Positions 23,363-37,230 of a stretch of 64,000 nt of DNA are shown here, in pieces (position 1 is the first letter of the stretch; every line of letters starts with the position of its first letter). Under the pieces are notes generated by a model. The model was not told where the DNA came from and did not search any database. It worked only from the letters and a program-made list of their open reading frames with translations. Origin of the DNA: Squalus acanthias (Eukaryota); contig CM059446.1 of assembly GCA_030390025.1 (NCBI GenBank), forward strand, positions 41,850,001 to 41,914,000. Direction: 5' to 3'. Both the position numbers and the translations under genes were made by a program.

Positions 23363-24819
23363 GAAGAAACAAAAGCTGATGGGGTGGGTGTATATTCCAC
23401 ACCCACTCAGACAGTTGGCTTGCCAGCTTCATGATAAGAGTTGTCAACACACATATATTTGCAACAGACCTCCCACCTTCAGCAGCTACACAAAAAGCAT
23501 CCTCTGGTGTCACTGGCGTGGGGGGAGATTGTGTTCTCTCTCCATTAGCAAGGCTAATGTGCACGATTCATCAGCCTTATGGATGGGGGTGGGGTAGAGA
23601 GCAGAATGTGAGTTATTCTATTTTATTTTGTTTCAGCTGCTCTAGGATTTGTACTTTAACACTCAGGACAGCTGTCTAGGGATGGGAGACCATTTCTTTT
23701 GTGTCTAATATTTATTTCTAAATCAAACTGACTAAATTAAATGCATAACCAAACAGCACAATGCCGCCTGGCAGCAGCAGGTGAGTGGTTTGTTAGTGCC
23801 TGTACTTCTGCGGACCAGATGACCCATCTTATGTTTAGACACTAGTGGTGCAATACTGCCTGAAACCAGCAAATTGTGATCTTGTGTACTTTACCACTTA
23901 CAATTTATTCCTGATGAAGCGCTTAAAGAGATTGTCCGCCAGAGTTACCAACTTATATTTTGGAGGCTAGCTTTATCAAAAGGGAATTGCCAGTGAGTGA
24001 TGGTGCGACTGAGTATCTGTGGCACTGTTACTGCTCATATTTCTTTTGGTTAAGTTTGCAAAATAGCTTTGTCAATGTGAAATAATTTGTCGGTTTTTAT
24101 TTTAGATTGCCACCAGCTGTCCCGGTTTCTGCAGACAGTGGGAATTGCGAAACGTAATGATGGTTCAAGGCTGGTCCTATTATTTTGGGGAGTGATTGCC
24201 TGAGAGGCTGCAATCTAAAGTGTGCTGTCCTCCAGACTCTACAAAGACACAATAGAGTGGGGAAGAGCATTGCAGTGAGGACAATTACAGTCGCAACAAT
24301 TCTCAACTATACTATTTTTTGAATTTTATCCAGTGCAGCGTCCGTCAGCCTATCATTATCCAATTGACGGCAATAGTGATTGAGTGAGCCACAGTGATTC
24401 AATTTTAAAATTCAGGATAAATTCATTGGATTTGTGCTACATTTTAAAAGTTATGGATAGACCTGTGAAACAATAGTGCTCTTGAAGATATTACTAACTG
24501 ACTGGCAAAGTGTTAAAGTGCTAAAACAGGATATTGTATTATAGGAACTTTGATTTATTTCAGAGAGATGTACCGACATTCTCCAAACTACAAGCAGTGC
24601 TGAATTTCACTAATCTTCCAAGGATTAAATACATATGAAGAGGTGGTTCCTCGTAGTACTCATCTTAGCCAAGCAAATACACTATCATTGTGCAGTCTGA
24701 AAAAATCAGTTCTAATTTTTTCTAAATGGATCACTCAAGACCCTGAACACCTCTAAAGAAATATGGAAATTATTTGAGATAATGACTGTTTGGCTTTAAG
24801 CATAAGATGTTCCTTAGTG

Positions 24820-25245
24820 TCACCTTGGCTCAGTGGCAGCACTCCTGCCTTTGGGTCAGAAGGTTGTGGGTACAAGGTCCCTTTGAGCATAGAATCTAGG
24901 CCGACACTTCAGTGCAGTACTGAGGGAATGCTATTGGAGGCGCTATCAGATGAGATGTTCAACCGAAGCCCTCTCTGTCTGTGCAGGTGAATGTAAAAAG
25001 ATCCCATTTTAAGAGGAGGAGAGGAACTCTCCCAGTGTCCTGCTCAGCATTCACCCCTCAACCAACACTGCCAAAACAGATTAATTGGTCTAATTTGCTA
25101 TTTGTGGAATCTTACTTTGTGCAAATTGGCTGCTGTATTTGTCTACATAAGAACAGTGACTGCACTTCAAGGTAATTTATTAGCCGGGAAGCGCTTTGGG
25201 ACATCCTGACTACATGAAAGGCTCTAAACAAATACAAGTTCTTTC
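24820..25245 (+). mobile_element. DeuSINE, diverged
   Basis: Same head, Deu domain and tail order. Confidence 0.75.
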
Positions 25246-25859
25246 TTCATTTGTATTTGAATTTCAGGCCATTACAGTTCAAAAGATAAAACCATTTTTA
25301 CCAGAAGACAAAATACTGGCAAACATCCAGGAAATTCATGTTGATATTTTACATGCCTACATCTCGTTACATATCCCTTAATTATACTGCATATGTGGTC
25401 TATGGGCGAATGGCTTGTTTGCAGTTGTTTGTTTTCTACCTGGAAGCAACCGCTGTGATGTTACACGACCTTAGCTTCCCTGGGGCCGCTAATGTCACAA
25501 TGATTTAGTGCTTCTCCACTTTAACATTAACATGTAATGTAATGTATACCAAGAAAATAAACAGCATTTTGTGGCAAGAACAGAACATTTTTCATGTGAG
25601 AAAATTACCCACCTCCCTTCATAATTTTAAATTAATTGTATTCCTAACATTACTTGATGAGCTATTTTTAGTAAATCACAAATCTCTTTGCCCTCTTCAA
25701 TACAGTCAATGAAGAAGGACCTGGGAAATACTTCACACAAAAAAATAAGGAGATCAAAGCGTTAAAATCTCCTCAACCAACAGTGACTACACATCAAAAG
25801 AATTAATTGGCTGTGAACCACTTTGGCACATCCTGAGGGTGTGAAAGATGCTAAAAGAA

Positions 25860-25923
25860 CCTTCCTTCCTTCCCTCTCTCTTTCCTTCCTTCCCTCTCTC
25901 CTTCCTTCCTGCCCTCCCTCCCA
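25860..25923 (+). repeat. Polypyrimidine (CCTT/CCCT)n simple repeat
   Basis: Directly visible. Confidence 0.85.
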
Positions 25924-26614
25924 ATCTGAGTACAGACGTTTAGAGCCTGCTTTGTAAAATAGATTCTGCCATGATTTAAAGGAGGTCATTTTGACTTTGT
26001 ACGATAGTGTAAAACGGGTGATAGCGAATTGGCAGCCAGCTTTACATCTCTCCTTATTTTTATTTCCATTGACTTCACTGGTTTTTTACACTATCGCACA
26101 GTCCCACAAAGAGTCTATGTTGAGACAAGCAGCCCGTGGGGTCTGATTGAACTCCGAGATATAAGCATAAGGAATTCTTTTTGTTCAGTATTCTAATGAA
26201 AGCATTGACCCATTTATTTTAAACATGTTTCCATTAAATAGCAGCCAAAGGAAGGTCTTCAAATGCACTAATATCACAGAGTGCGATTTCACCCCCTCCT
26301 AAGTGAATAAATTAAAATTGACGTCAAATAACAAGCTGTCATTTATGCCTTGTATTTATGTAACTCCAAAAATATTAACCAGACCCTCATCTATTCCCTC
26401 ACTCATTTCCTTTAGAATTCTATGGTGCGTGCCATCTAGTCCAGGGGTCCTGCAGAGATTTTAATACGTGGAACGTAGGGTTTTCTAAAGGTATCAACAT
26501 GCCAGAGTCCTTCATAAGGATACGTCTGTCGGTATGAGTGGGCAAGAGCAGTTCCCACCTAGGTGGTCCCACTCTCCAATTGGTGAATGTAGTAATCCAA
26601 GGGTACAAAAACTT

Positions 26615-26930
26615 CCCACAGCACCTCCCAAACCTGCATCCTCTACCACCTAAGACAAAGGCAACAGGCGCATGGGAACACCATCACCTCCAAGTTCCCC
26701 TCCAACTCACACACCATCCTGACTTGGAAATATATCGCCGTTCCTTCATCGTCGCTGGGTTAAAATCCTGGAACTCCCTCCCTAACAACACTGTGGGAGT
26801 ACCTTCACCGCACGGACTGCAGCGGTTCAAGAAGGAGGCTCACCACCACCTTCTCGAGGGCAATTAGGGATGGGCAATAAATGCTGGCCTTGCCAGCGAC
26901 GCCCACATCCCAGGAACAAATTAAAAAAAA
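26615..26930 (+). mobile_element. Same LINE family, 3' fragment
   Basis: SWNSLPN..GLQRFKK.AHHHLL; tail gggatgggcaataaatgctggccttgccagc. Confidence 0.8.
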
Positions 26931-28404
26931 ACTCGTTACCTTGTCTCAGGGTCCAATAACAAGTTCATGTTAAAATGCATTCATCATGATAGTAGTCACA
27001 CCTATACAGGATCGAAGATGCGTGGAAATGGTGGATCATCACTGTTGAACAGATGGAGTGCTTGGCTACTATGCACCCATTCTGGCAACTGCGCCATCAG
27101 AGGAATTACTGATTGGTTTGGAAAGCATGTTGTCCCCATTGCACGCAATCAGTTGGAATTGTGTGTAATAAGCACAAACCTTGGCCAGTCGCCATCCAAG
27201 GAATTATCGAGTGTTCATTTTGGACCAACATCTCTCCAGGTAGAAAGGAAGAAAAAACTTGTGAAAGAAAGCGCCTTTCATGATCTCAGGACGTCCCAAA
27301 GCAATTCACAGCCAGCTAAGTAGTCAATGCTGTAAAGTAGGGAAACCGCTGAAACACCTGGTTAACTTCTATGGCCACTAGAAGTTGCTCACAGATGCAT
27401 AAATAAACTGGTGATGACCCCATCAAATCCACTTCCACTACATCAAATCATGGCTGCTGGAGGGATGAGAGTACAAGTATCTAGCTTTAAAGCGGGGATT
27501 AATAAACAATGCCTGATTCAGCATACAGAGCACAGCTGCATTCGTTGTAAAATTACACCGTTAACTTGAACTAAAGCACAGACAGCTTCAGCAGTCAAAA
27601 GGCAGCACTGTGCAGTCCAATTCAAACTGTGGATTGTGAGCCGATAAACGATTGGGAGTAGTAAGCAATTCAAGTTGTCTGATTAAGCACACATTTTTGA
27701 GTTTTATGTTTAAAACTGACACATGGTAATCAATAGGTTGCTGGGGGCGAAACAATGCTAAACAGATGACATCCTGATTCAGAGAAAGTAGTGCTCTCTT
27801 GCTCTCTGCCTCAGTATTTTCCTCGATCCTCCTCTTCATGTCTAATTGTTAAATAACCCATATACGAGAGCTATGTTTCTCACTTATTATTAAACATACT
27901 TTGATCCTTACATTTTTTTTCATTTCTTCCAAAGAGATCAATAATGGGAGCTGCACGTAATGGAAGCCATAAGTCTGTTGCTAAGCAGTAGACTAAACCG
28001 GCCTGCAGTTATTGATTATGTGGGATTGTGATAATTCCCCATTGTACCCTAAACCTTTAGAATGGAGTGTCTACCTGCATTTACAAAAGAATTAATTTAA
28101 TTCAACGCCATCATAGTTTCAGTAAATAGCATCAGCAAAATAAGTCATTGGAGCTGTTGAATAATTTGGACTGTACAAAAATTGATTTTTTTTATTGACG
28201 CGTGACTCAGCTTATTGTATAACATCCTTTTGTTGCAGCCAGAAACAATTGAGCATAAGACAGAGTGATGTGATAATGAAAACCCCTCAGAGAGCGAACA
28301 AACGTAACAGATGTTGCATTACATTTGTTCTCCTTCTTGCAAAACCCCAATTATTTACTTCACTGCCTTGAAATGATGATGTGCGAATATTAGCGTATGA
28401 TTGT

Positions 28405-28558
28405 TTAAAGCGTTCGTATGAATTCTTCTGCCAACTACTTTAGTGAGACTTGCCTCCATTAATGTAATGCACAAAGGGTCTGCACACACCTACGCTGGTA
28501 CATTAACAGTCACACAGTGTAATCGAGGCCCACATCTGGCCGAATGAGCAACATTGCA
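28405..28558 (+). repeat. Left arm of a ~150-bp inverted repeat pair
   Basis: Reverse complement of ~31468-31619 with scattered mismatches. Confidence 0.85.
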
Positions 28559-29124
28559 CACTTTGTGGATCTTTGTAAGTGAGAATAGCCCAAGGCTTAA
28601 GTGATAATACAAAGTAAATGAATGTCAATAACATAAGCAATCATTAAACAAGAAAAGGCTCTTCAATCCACAGACCATGTACTATGTATTCTACCTCTCC
28701 ACTGTAGAACCATGAGCTGCTGCCCTCCCCCACAGACAGCAGTCCCTGCCCCACCAGCACAGGAACACAAACCTATGGCGTATTTGATCATCTCAGACAT
28801 ACCTGTCCTTAGAATCTTTCACCCAGTTCCCAGGTATTTATGCAGTTTTATTTTTTGAGTTATTCGACAATACGGTATTACAGTATTTCTTTTATCTGAC
28901 AGTCCATTCCACAGATTCACTGCTCTGAATAGGAAAGAATTCCTGTTCTCCACTGTTTTCCTGGGGGTGGGTGGGGGCTTCACCATTCTCCAGCTGGACC
29001 TGCACTGGTAGACCAACAGAATCCCTATGGAGCTTCAAGTCTTTTGAAGATAGACTGCCCAAAAATTTACACAATCAGAATAATTCCATGATCCCAATGG
29101 GCAGCCGTGCTTGCAGGAGACATT

Positions 29125-29854
29125 GGGGGCGAAATTCGGCTCTTTTGCGCCTGCCGTTAGCACCTCCAGGGGGCACTAATGGGGCGCAAAGGGGTTATCG
29201 CCCGGGGGCGGGGGGAAAGCACCTCCCGCAAAATTCGGCGGAGCATTGCTGAGACGCTACCCGATAGCGCCGGGGCCCTCGCCGGTAGCGCCCCAGGCCG
29301 CTGCACCGCCGGCGATTACATCATCACTGTGCACCCTTAGCGCCCTGCCGCGTCCCCTTACCACCCCGCGGCAGAAATTCGGCTGCACCTTGCAAGGCTG
29401 CCGCGGGCGATGTCAGCGCCAGCCTCACGGGGAGCGAGCCAGGCCGACCTCCGCTCGCGGGGCGGTAGTTAAAGGGGAGGTGCGGCGGCGACCCGCGCCG
29501 CCATTTTCTTTTTTTGACCGACCTCCAGGTTGGCCCTCCGTGGTGTGGTCCTGGCCGCCATCGCGCAGCCCGGCATTGCGTCTCTGCGCCGGGCTGCTGC
29601 CATGGCACCACGCCATCCTGGTGGCCTAGTGTGGGCCATCGGCGGCCCTACAGAGTGTGCAGCGTCCCTCCCCTTTAACTGAAGTGGAGGGGTGTTGAAA
29701 CGCCGATCGCGCCCCGACATCGCCTCAGTTACCGCCCCACCAGGAAGTGGAGCGCCCGACATTGCGCTCCACTTCCTGGGCGGGCCGGTAAGGCGAATTT
29801 TGCACCCCACCAGTGTTACTGCCCCGAAACGGGGCACTACCGAATTTCGCGCCC
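29125..29854. mobile_element. GC-rich MITE related to the 2266 family
   Basis: gggggcgaaattcgg ... ccgaatttcgcgccc termini; CpG-rich. Confidence 0.72.
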
Positions 29855-30696
29855 ATAGCTCATAAAAACCTTGGAGCCTTTTTCTCGCCACCCTCCAAAT
29901 GCAGCTTCTGCACTGAGCCCATGGGATCTTGGAATCACCATTAATATTCCGAATGTAACCTCACCAGTGAATAATTTATTTCTACTTGTAGTCACATGAA
30001 TTTGAGATCCATTCTAATGTTGGACTAGTTTTATATTGTCTAGAAGCTTTCAGTGCGTAATGAATAACCATGATCAATAATTTTGTTGCACAAGTTTAAA
30101 CAACCAAAATTCAAAGCTGGTTTAGAAGCTGATAAATTTCAGTAATTTACTCACAAACAATCTTCATTGTGCTGTTATCTAAATCCAGATTGTAAGATTA
30201 GACCTGGGTGTACTCAGAGATGTCAACTTGCTGTGTTTAGCATAGAGGCTCAGAGTTTTTCCAATGAAGTTCTGCTGTCCAAATTTTTGGCACTTTCCCC
30301 CAAGTTTCCCAAACTGCACAATGGTTTGGAGAAACTGCTATAAGATTCAGGCACATTTTACGGAAAGACGTGAGCATTAGACGTTGCTATTTGTCTAACT
30401 GTGGTTACCTTTTGCTATATCCAGAGCACTCCAGGTAATTCAACAGTGCTATCAAGGTTCCTTGTATAGGTTTTTTTAATTAAACTTGACATCCCTCCTA
30501 TTTTACGAGTGGCAAGCCCACCGACACTGATCCCTGCCAGGGCACCTTACCTGCATGGGGCTGACGGGCAGAAGAGCCACTTGAGGTGTCTCTTTATGTT
30601 TGCTTATGTTATTGAAATTCATTTACTTTGTATTATCACTTAAGTCTTGTGCTATTCTCACTTACAAAGATCCGCAAAGTGTGCATTTCTTTTTTA

Positions 30697-31207
30697 AGAA
30701 CATAAGAAATAGGAGCAGGAGTAGACCATACGGCCCCTCGAGCCATTCAATAAGATCGTGGCTGATCTTCGACCTCAACTCCACTTGCCCGCTCCATTTC
30801 CATATCCCTTGATTCCCCTAGAGTCCAAAAGTCTATCTATCTCAGCCTTGAATATACTCAAACACTCAGCATTCACAGCCCTCTGGGGCAGATAATTCCA
30901 AAGATTCACAACACTCTGAGTGAAGAAATTCCTCCTCATCTCAGTCTTAAATGGCCTACCCCTTATCCTGAGACTATGCCCCCTAGTTCTAGACACTCCA
31001 GCCAGGGGAAACAACCTCTCAGCGTCTACCCTGTCAATCCCCTTCAGAATCTTGTACGTTTCAATGAGATCACCTCTCATTCTTCTAAACTCGAGAGAGT
31101 ATAGGCCCATTCTACACAATCTCTCATCATAGGACAGCCCTCTCATCCCAGGAATCAATCTAGTGAACCTTCGTTGCACCGCTTCCAAGGCAAGTATATC
31201 CTTCCTT
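30697..31207 (-). mobile_element. CR1 3' fragment
   Basis: ORF 30775..31188 matches the CR1 ORF2 C-terminus. Confidence 0.88.
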
Positions 31208-31465
31208 TATTCGTTCCTGGGATGTGGGCATTGCTGGCAAGGCAGCATTTATTGCCCATCCCTAATTGCCCTTGAGAAGTTGGTGGTGAGCCGCCTTCTC
31301 GAACCGCTGCAGTCTGTGTGGTGAAGGTACTCCCATAGTGCTGTTAGGGAGGGAGTTATAGGATTTTGACCCAGTGACGATGAAGGTACGGCGATATATT
31401 CCCAAATCAGGATGGTGTGTGACTTGGAGGGAAACTTGCAGGTGATGGTGTTCCCACGCATCTGC
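31207..31465 (-). mobile_element. Same LINE family, 3' fragment
   Basis: Matches 60595-60850. Confidence 0.8.
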
Positions 31466-31467
31466 TA

Positions 31468-31619
31468 AATTGTTGCTCATTCGGTCAGATATGGGCCTGA
31501 ATTACACTGTGTGAATGTTAGTGTACCAATGTAGGTGTGTGCATTTCCATTGTGCCTTATGTTAATGGAGGTGTATCTCATTAAAGTAGTTGGCAGAAGA
31601 ATTCATATGAATGCTTTAA
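31468..31619 (-). repeat. Right arm of the inverted repeat pair
   Basis: taaagtagttggcagaagaattcata pairs with tatgaattcttctgccaactacttta at 28417-28442. Confidence 0.85.
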
Positions 31620-31627
31620 GCCAGTGA

Positions 31628-31665
<38 letters not shown>

Positions 31666-31910
31666 GTGGGTTCAAGTCCCACTCCAGGGCCTCGAGCACA
31701 AAAATCTAGGCGGACACTCCAGTGCAGTGCTGAGGGAGCACTGCCACTGTCGGAGGTGCCGTCTTTCAGATGAGATGTTAAACCGAGGCCCCGTCTGGTC
31801 TCTCAAGTGGACGTAAAAGATTCCATGGCACTATTTCGAAGAAGAGCAGGGACGTTATCCCCGGTGTCCCGGCCAATATTTATCCCTCAATCAACATCAC
31901 TAAAACAGAT
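31620..31910 (+). mobile_element. DeuSINE 5' part
   Basis: Head plus Deu domain, cut by the MITE at 31912. Confidence 0.8.
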
Positions 31911-31911
31911 T

Positions 31912-32506
31912 GGGGGAAAAATTGAGTCGCGCCTCCTTTGAGGCGCTAATTTCACCGGGGCGCTTCTTTTAGCGCCCTGAAAAAATTTGCGCCCCCCCAC
32001 GGCCGAATTTGAGTGGTAGCGCCGCAAGAGGGAAGCGGGGCGCTACTGGAAGCGCCCCGCCTCCCTCTTGGGGCACTGCGAGGGAATATCGCGGCTCTAC
32101 GTGCCGCGGTATTGCGGGCCTTCCTCCCCTTCTTGAAGGGGAGGAGCCTTGCGCAGCGTGACCCGGGGCACAGCTGGGCCACCGGGATCGGAGCACCGGC
32201 ACTCCGCGGGGGGGGCGGGTCAGGAGGCCGGGGACGGCAGCAGAGGCAGGTGCTAGCAGGCGGCCAGCAACAAAAATGGCCTTTAAATAGCGCCGTCCCG
32301 GCCTGTCTGACGGTAAGTCAGGGGGCGCTACCGAAGATCACAGCCGGGGTGCGAGCGGGGCGCTGCGCACGGCGATGACGTCATCGCCGGCGGCGCAGCA
32401 CCGCAGGGCACTAACGGTTACCGCCACCGCTAACCTCCCGCTGAATTTCGCGGGAGGCGTTGGCGGCGGCGCACCCGGGCGCTAGTTGCTTTGCGCCCCG
32501 TTAGCA
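31912..32506. mobile_element. GC-rich MITE of the 2266 family, right end truncated
   Basis: Starts gggggaaaaattgagtcgcgcc. The 3' part (gggcgctagttgctttgcgcccc) matches 48638-48660. Confidence 0.72.
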
Positions 32507-33389
32507 CTGTTACAATCAGCCCCCACAAATAATTTTGTAAAAATTCCCTCTTCAGTGGGATCCATATGCACCTTGTGAGACCAGTAGACCTCATCTCATT
32601 CAGAGTACCAGCCGGCACTGGTACACCAGGACCCCACCCAGGGCGGTTAGAGACTGGGAGGTCTTGTGATGAAACCTCCAGGAATATGTCCAACCAAAGT
32701 TGGCAACCCTACTGCCCACAGTAGGCACCTCACTAGAAAACGGGGGGCCTGGCCTGCTCATGTAGGCTTCTTAAAGGGAGAGGATTGTTTGAGTTGATGG
32801 CAAAAGTTTTGGAGCTTTTTTTTGCATTTTTAATCACATTTTGCTAGCTAGTCAGCCATTTTATATTTCGTTAGTTTTCCCCACTAATACTTTCCTTCAT
32901 TATTCTTGGTTGATGCTGATGGTTCAAGTGGTAAGCCTGGGCATTCCTTCACATGTTCAGAATGTGCAGTTTGATTTAAGTGAAGAGGATTTGGCCTCGA
33001 GTGACGTCTCCACACACACATGGACAGGTCTGAAAGAGAACTTTGTTCGATGCCTCCACTTCACGGGACAGGAGATAACAGGAGAACAGTTCGAGCAATG
33101 GAATCGCTGTTTTGGCATCCCTGTGGTGCGTGCCGCAGAAAGTCAGATATTGGCAAGGGCCTCATTGCACCTGCTGCAACTTGCACTGCACCAATAATGG
33201 CCAAGACACCAGGAAAGTTTTGTATTCGAAAAATGAAGGCTTCAACAAAAATTTGGAGGGAAATAAACGCGTGCAAGTAATTCAGTACACAAGCAGAAAC
33301 TAGCTAACTGCCAAAAAAAGGCTTCAAAAAATAAGACCAGAACAGCAAATTAGCTTTAAGAAACACTAGAAAACAATGCTAGACCCTGC

Positions 33390-34012
33390 TATAGAATCAT
33401 ACAGCACAGAAGGAGGCCATTCGGCCCATCGTGTCAGTGCCGCCTCTTTAAAAGATCTATCCAATGAGTCCCACTGCCCTGCTCTTTCCCCATAGCCCTG
33501 CAAATTTTTCCTTTTCAAGTATAGATCATAGAATCATAGAATGGTTACAGCACGGAAGAAGGCCATTCGGCCCGTCGAGCCCGTGCCGACTCTCTGCAAG
33601 AGCACCTCAGCTAGTCCCACTCCCCCGCCCTTTCCCCGTAGCCCTGCAAATTCTTTTCCTTCAGATACTTATCCAACTCCCTTTTGAAAGATAGGATTGA
33701 GTCTGCCTCCACTACCCTTTCAGGCAGTGCATTCCAGATCCTAACCACTCGCTGCGTAAAACAGCTTTTTCTTACGTCGCCTTTGGTTCTTTTGCCAGTC
33801 ACCTTAAATCTGTGTCCTCTGGTTCTCGACCCTTCTGTCAATGGGAACAGTTTCTCTCTATCTACTCTGTCCAGACACCCTCATGATTTTGAACCCCTCT
33901 ATCAAATCTCTATCAAATTCCCATTTGAAAGTTACTATTGAATCTGCTTCCACCACCTTTCAGACATAGCATTCCAAATCATAACAACTCGCTGTGTAAA
34001 AAAAAATTCTCC
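33390..34012 (-). mobile_element. Two nested CR1 3' fragments (inner ~33525-33908)
   Basis: Two (atagaatc)n tails; the outer copy resumes at ~33910. Confidence 0.8.
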
Positions 34013-36004
34013 TCTACATGCCACCTGCCACCAACAAGGACCCATGTCATAGCCACGGGGAACCTCCGAGAATCACGGCTGTAAAGTTGATCTAGATAAT
34101 AGCACAGCCGTAGAAAATAATGGAAAGCTATTTAAATGCGACTACACTGTTTATGACATCTGTTCATGGAGAGAAAAGTTCTGGTATACCATTTCAATAT
34201 ATGAAAATCCTGATCCAGATGTACCATGTTTTGGCAAAGAGATACATTTTATGAGGACTGACTAACAGGTTAATCATCTTATTGATAGTTTTCAGTCTTC
34301 TGCTTTTTCTGTGCGATGGCTGAGACCCAAATCTTTTTTAATGATGTGTTATTTTTGTTGCAGATACACCAGCAGCTCTTCGGAGTGCAGTCACTGTCAG
34401 GTGCGTCACAACACCGCAGACTGCCTCAAAAGCAATAGGTTAATAAATAAAAGGTCATTTAGTTTTGTCACGGTGCATTGACTGTGATATTACACATATA
34501 TTCTTTTTAAATCCCTCTGCAGCGATGTCGCTGGAGCTGATTCGAACCTTATAACTGCTACATCGCCATCTATTCTTGAAATTCCAGCCAGTTTGGTCAC
34601 CTCCCTATCCGTGCATCTCTATTATCCTTGGGGGGGGTTTCAATTACACATTGCACATACTAAATAGCCCTAGTGCTCAGTCCCAGTTCTGAAGGTACTT
34701 TCCAGAGCCTTTGACCAGGCATTTCACTATTGTTCCATTGCCATCTTAATCCTATTCTCAAATTAAAATGCAGCCAATCCTCCTTCATACATTTTTAATT
34801 CATTGAATAGATTTTAACCAGAAAAGGCAGGACCATTTCGAATGTTATTATAAAAAACATTATCATACTGCCTTCAACACATTTAAGATATTTGTTGCGA
34901 CTATAATTATAAGAAGTACTGAAGAATTCAAATTCACAAGGAACTTTCAAGTTCTGTTCTTGTATTCTGGTGCCGCTAAGGATAGTTGGATCATCAACTC
35001 ACTCGCCAGGCAGGGCGAGTCTGGAACTGACCGCTTGTTCAAACAGTGGACTCTTACCGCGAGGTAAAGGGGGAAGATTTTCATTTATTTGAGATTAAAT
35101 TTGAAGCGGTTTCTCACAATCTGCTGAGTACAGAATGCAGAATGTAAGTAGCCTTTAATTGCTAGATTTCCTGAAAGGTGCTGACATTCATCTTCCTGGA
35201 GTTTTCCCCAACCATGTCGCATCAGTCAGTGGGCCAGATCATTCACAGCTACATAATCACAATATTCAAACTAGGTGTTGCTGAAGAATTCATTGTTATC
35301 GATTTGATTTAGCTCTCTCTAAACTGATGGGCTATTACGCTTTAATTAGGAACTTGAATTAATCATGATCGTTAATATTTAATTAAATCCATACTGTATA
35401 AAATGTGCTCTAACTATAATGGTGCCCATACTTCTGGTAGAGAAAAGCTGTTGGTAAGATAACTGTCTAATTCACTTATAATGATTCCTTTTTCTCCCTC
35501 CCTCTCCCCCTTTGTGCCACTGACTTGTACTGGGGGGGGGGGCAGTGCCACAGCTGCCCGCTCCCCGTTAGTATTGGACCTGACTGATCATTCTTCTTGC
35601 ATTAACTGTGGCGCAGAGTTTTGGCGGGTTATTAAGCAGGGAGTCCTCCCAGCCACACCCAAGCCTTCCCTCACCTGATGTCCGCGCACAAGGCTTTTGT
35701 AAGCAGGGGCTACCGAGTAGCGATCGGTCCCGGGTTGAATTTTGTCCCTTCCCTCGATTAGGAGCACTACGACCTACTGTAGCAAGCCTTCCACTGTCCC
35801 AGCTGGGTTCAGCTACCTCAGCACTCAACCTGGTTTTATACTCCATATTTAAGTTTCACACTATTCACTCTTACCTTAGATACACTGAGCTGTCGCGACG
35901 ACACTCCCTCACCTCTAGCTCGCCATTTCTCACATTATTCTTTTGCCTTCTTGACTGAGGAGTTTCATCAACTGTAACAGGATAGAGAACCACAGCTACA
36001 ACAT

Positions 36005-37230
36005 TCTGAGGAGGACTGCAGCAAGTTGCAGGAGGACATTAATAAACTTGCAGAATGAGTTATATAATTGGCAAATGAAGTTCAACACAGATAATTGTGA
36101 GGTACAGGAAACTCTTTGTTATCCGGCACCGACGGGACCGGGATGGTGCCAGTTGATTTAAAATTCCGGATAACGGAGAGGGTTATCTACCGAGGCTATT
36201 TTTAACAAACAAAGAGTCAGACTCCTGTTATTGAGGTGTTCGGACTTCCGACAGTGCCAAGAAGCCGAGTAGTGGCAGTTTGGAGAACTACTCCCACTGA
36301 CTAACTCGGCCACCGCGGGAGACTCGGACTCGGACTCGGCAACATTTCCGGTTATTGAGGTGTTTTCGGAATATGAATTTTGCCGGTTAATAGAGAATTC
36401 CGGATATTTAAGTGCCGTTTAAACAAGAGTTTCCTGTATTACATTCTGGTAGGAAGAATAGGGAGGTCACTTATTACTTGGAGGGTGTGAGTCTAGGTGG
36501 GGTAGAGGAACAAAGGGATCTCAGAGTACAAATACACAAATCACTAAAGTTGAGACACAGGTTAGCAAGGTCATAAAAAAGCAAACCAAGCACTAGGGTT
36601 TATTTCTAGAGGAATAGAATTGAAAAGCAGGGAAGTTATGCTAAACCTGTATCGAACCTTGGTTAGATGAGAGTACTGCGTACAGTTCTGGTCGCCATAT
36701 TATAAAAAGGATATAGAGGCACTGGAGAGGGTGCAGAGAAGATTTACAAGGATGATACCATAAATGCGAGGGTATACATATCAGGAAAGGATGAACAGGC
36801 TGGGTCTCTTTTCTCTTGACAAAAGAAGGCTGAGGAGTAACCTAATAGAGGTCTTTAAAATTATGAAAGGTTTTGATAGAGTGGATACAGAGAGAATGTT
36901 TCCACTTGTGGGGAAGAGCATAACTAGAGGCCATCAATATAAGATAGTCACCAAGAAATCCAATAGGGAATTCAGAAGAAACTTCTTTACCCAGAGAGTG
37001 GTGAGAATGTGGAACTCGCTACCACAGCGGGTGGTTGAAGCGAATAGTATAGATGCATTTAAGGGGAGGCTGGACAAGCATATGAGGGAGAAGGGAATAG
37101 AGGGTTATGCTGATAGATTTAGATGAGGAAAGATGGGAGGAGGCTCGAGTGGAGCATAAACGCCGGCATGGACTGGTTGGGCCGAATGGCCTGTTTCTGT
37201 GCCGTATATCCTATGTAATCGTATGTAATT
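36005..37230 (+). mobile_element. CR1 3' fragment interrupted by a MITE
   Basis: ORF 36764..37126 matches the CR1 C-terminus; tail ctatgtaatcgtatgtaat. Confidence 0.85.
36105..36436. mobile_element. Tc1/mariner (Tigger/pogo-like) MITE
   Basis: TA TSD; TIR caggaaactctt(t)gtt / aacaagagtttcctg; interrupts CR1. Confidence 0.82.

Noticed and set aside
27588-27839. Short ORFs in unique DNA (also 32841-33197, 46433-46657, 63105-63302)
   Set aside because: No recognisable homology or convincing exon boundaries; lengths are consistent with chance.
29125-32506. CpG-island promoter of a host gene
   Set aside because: The CpG-rich blocks are bounded by TIRs and belong to repeated MITEs.
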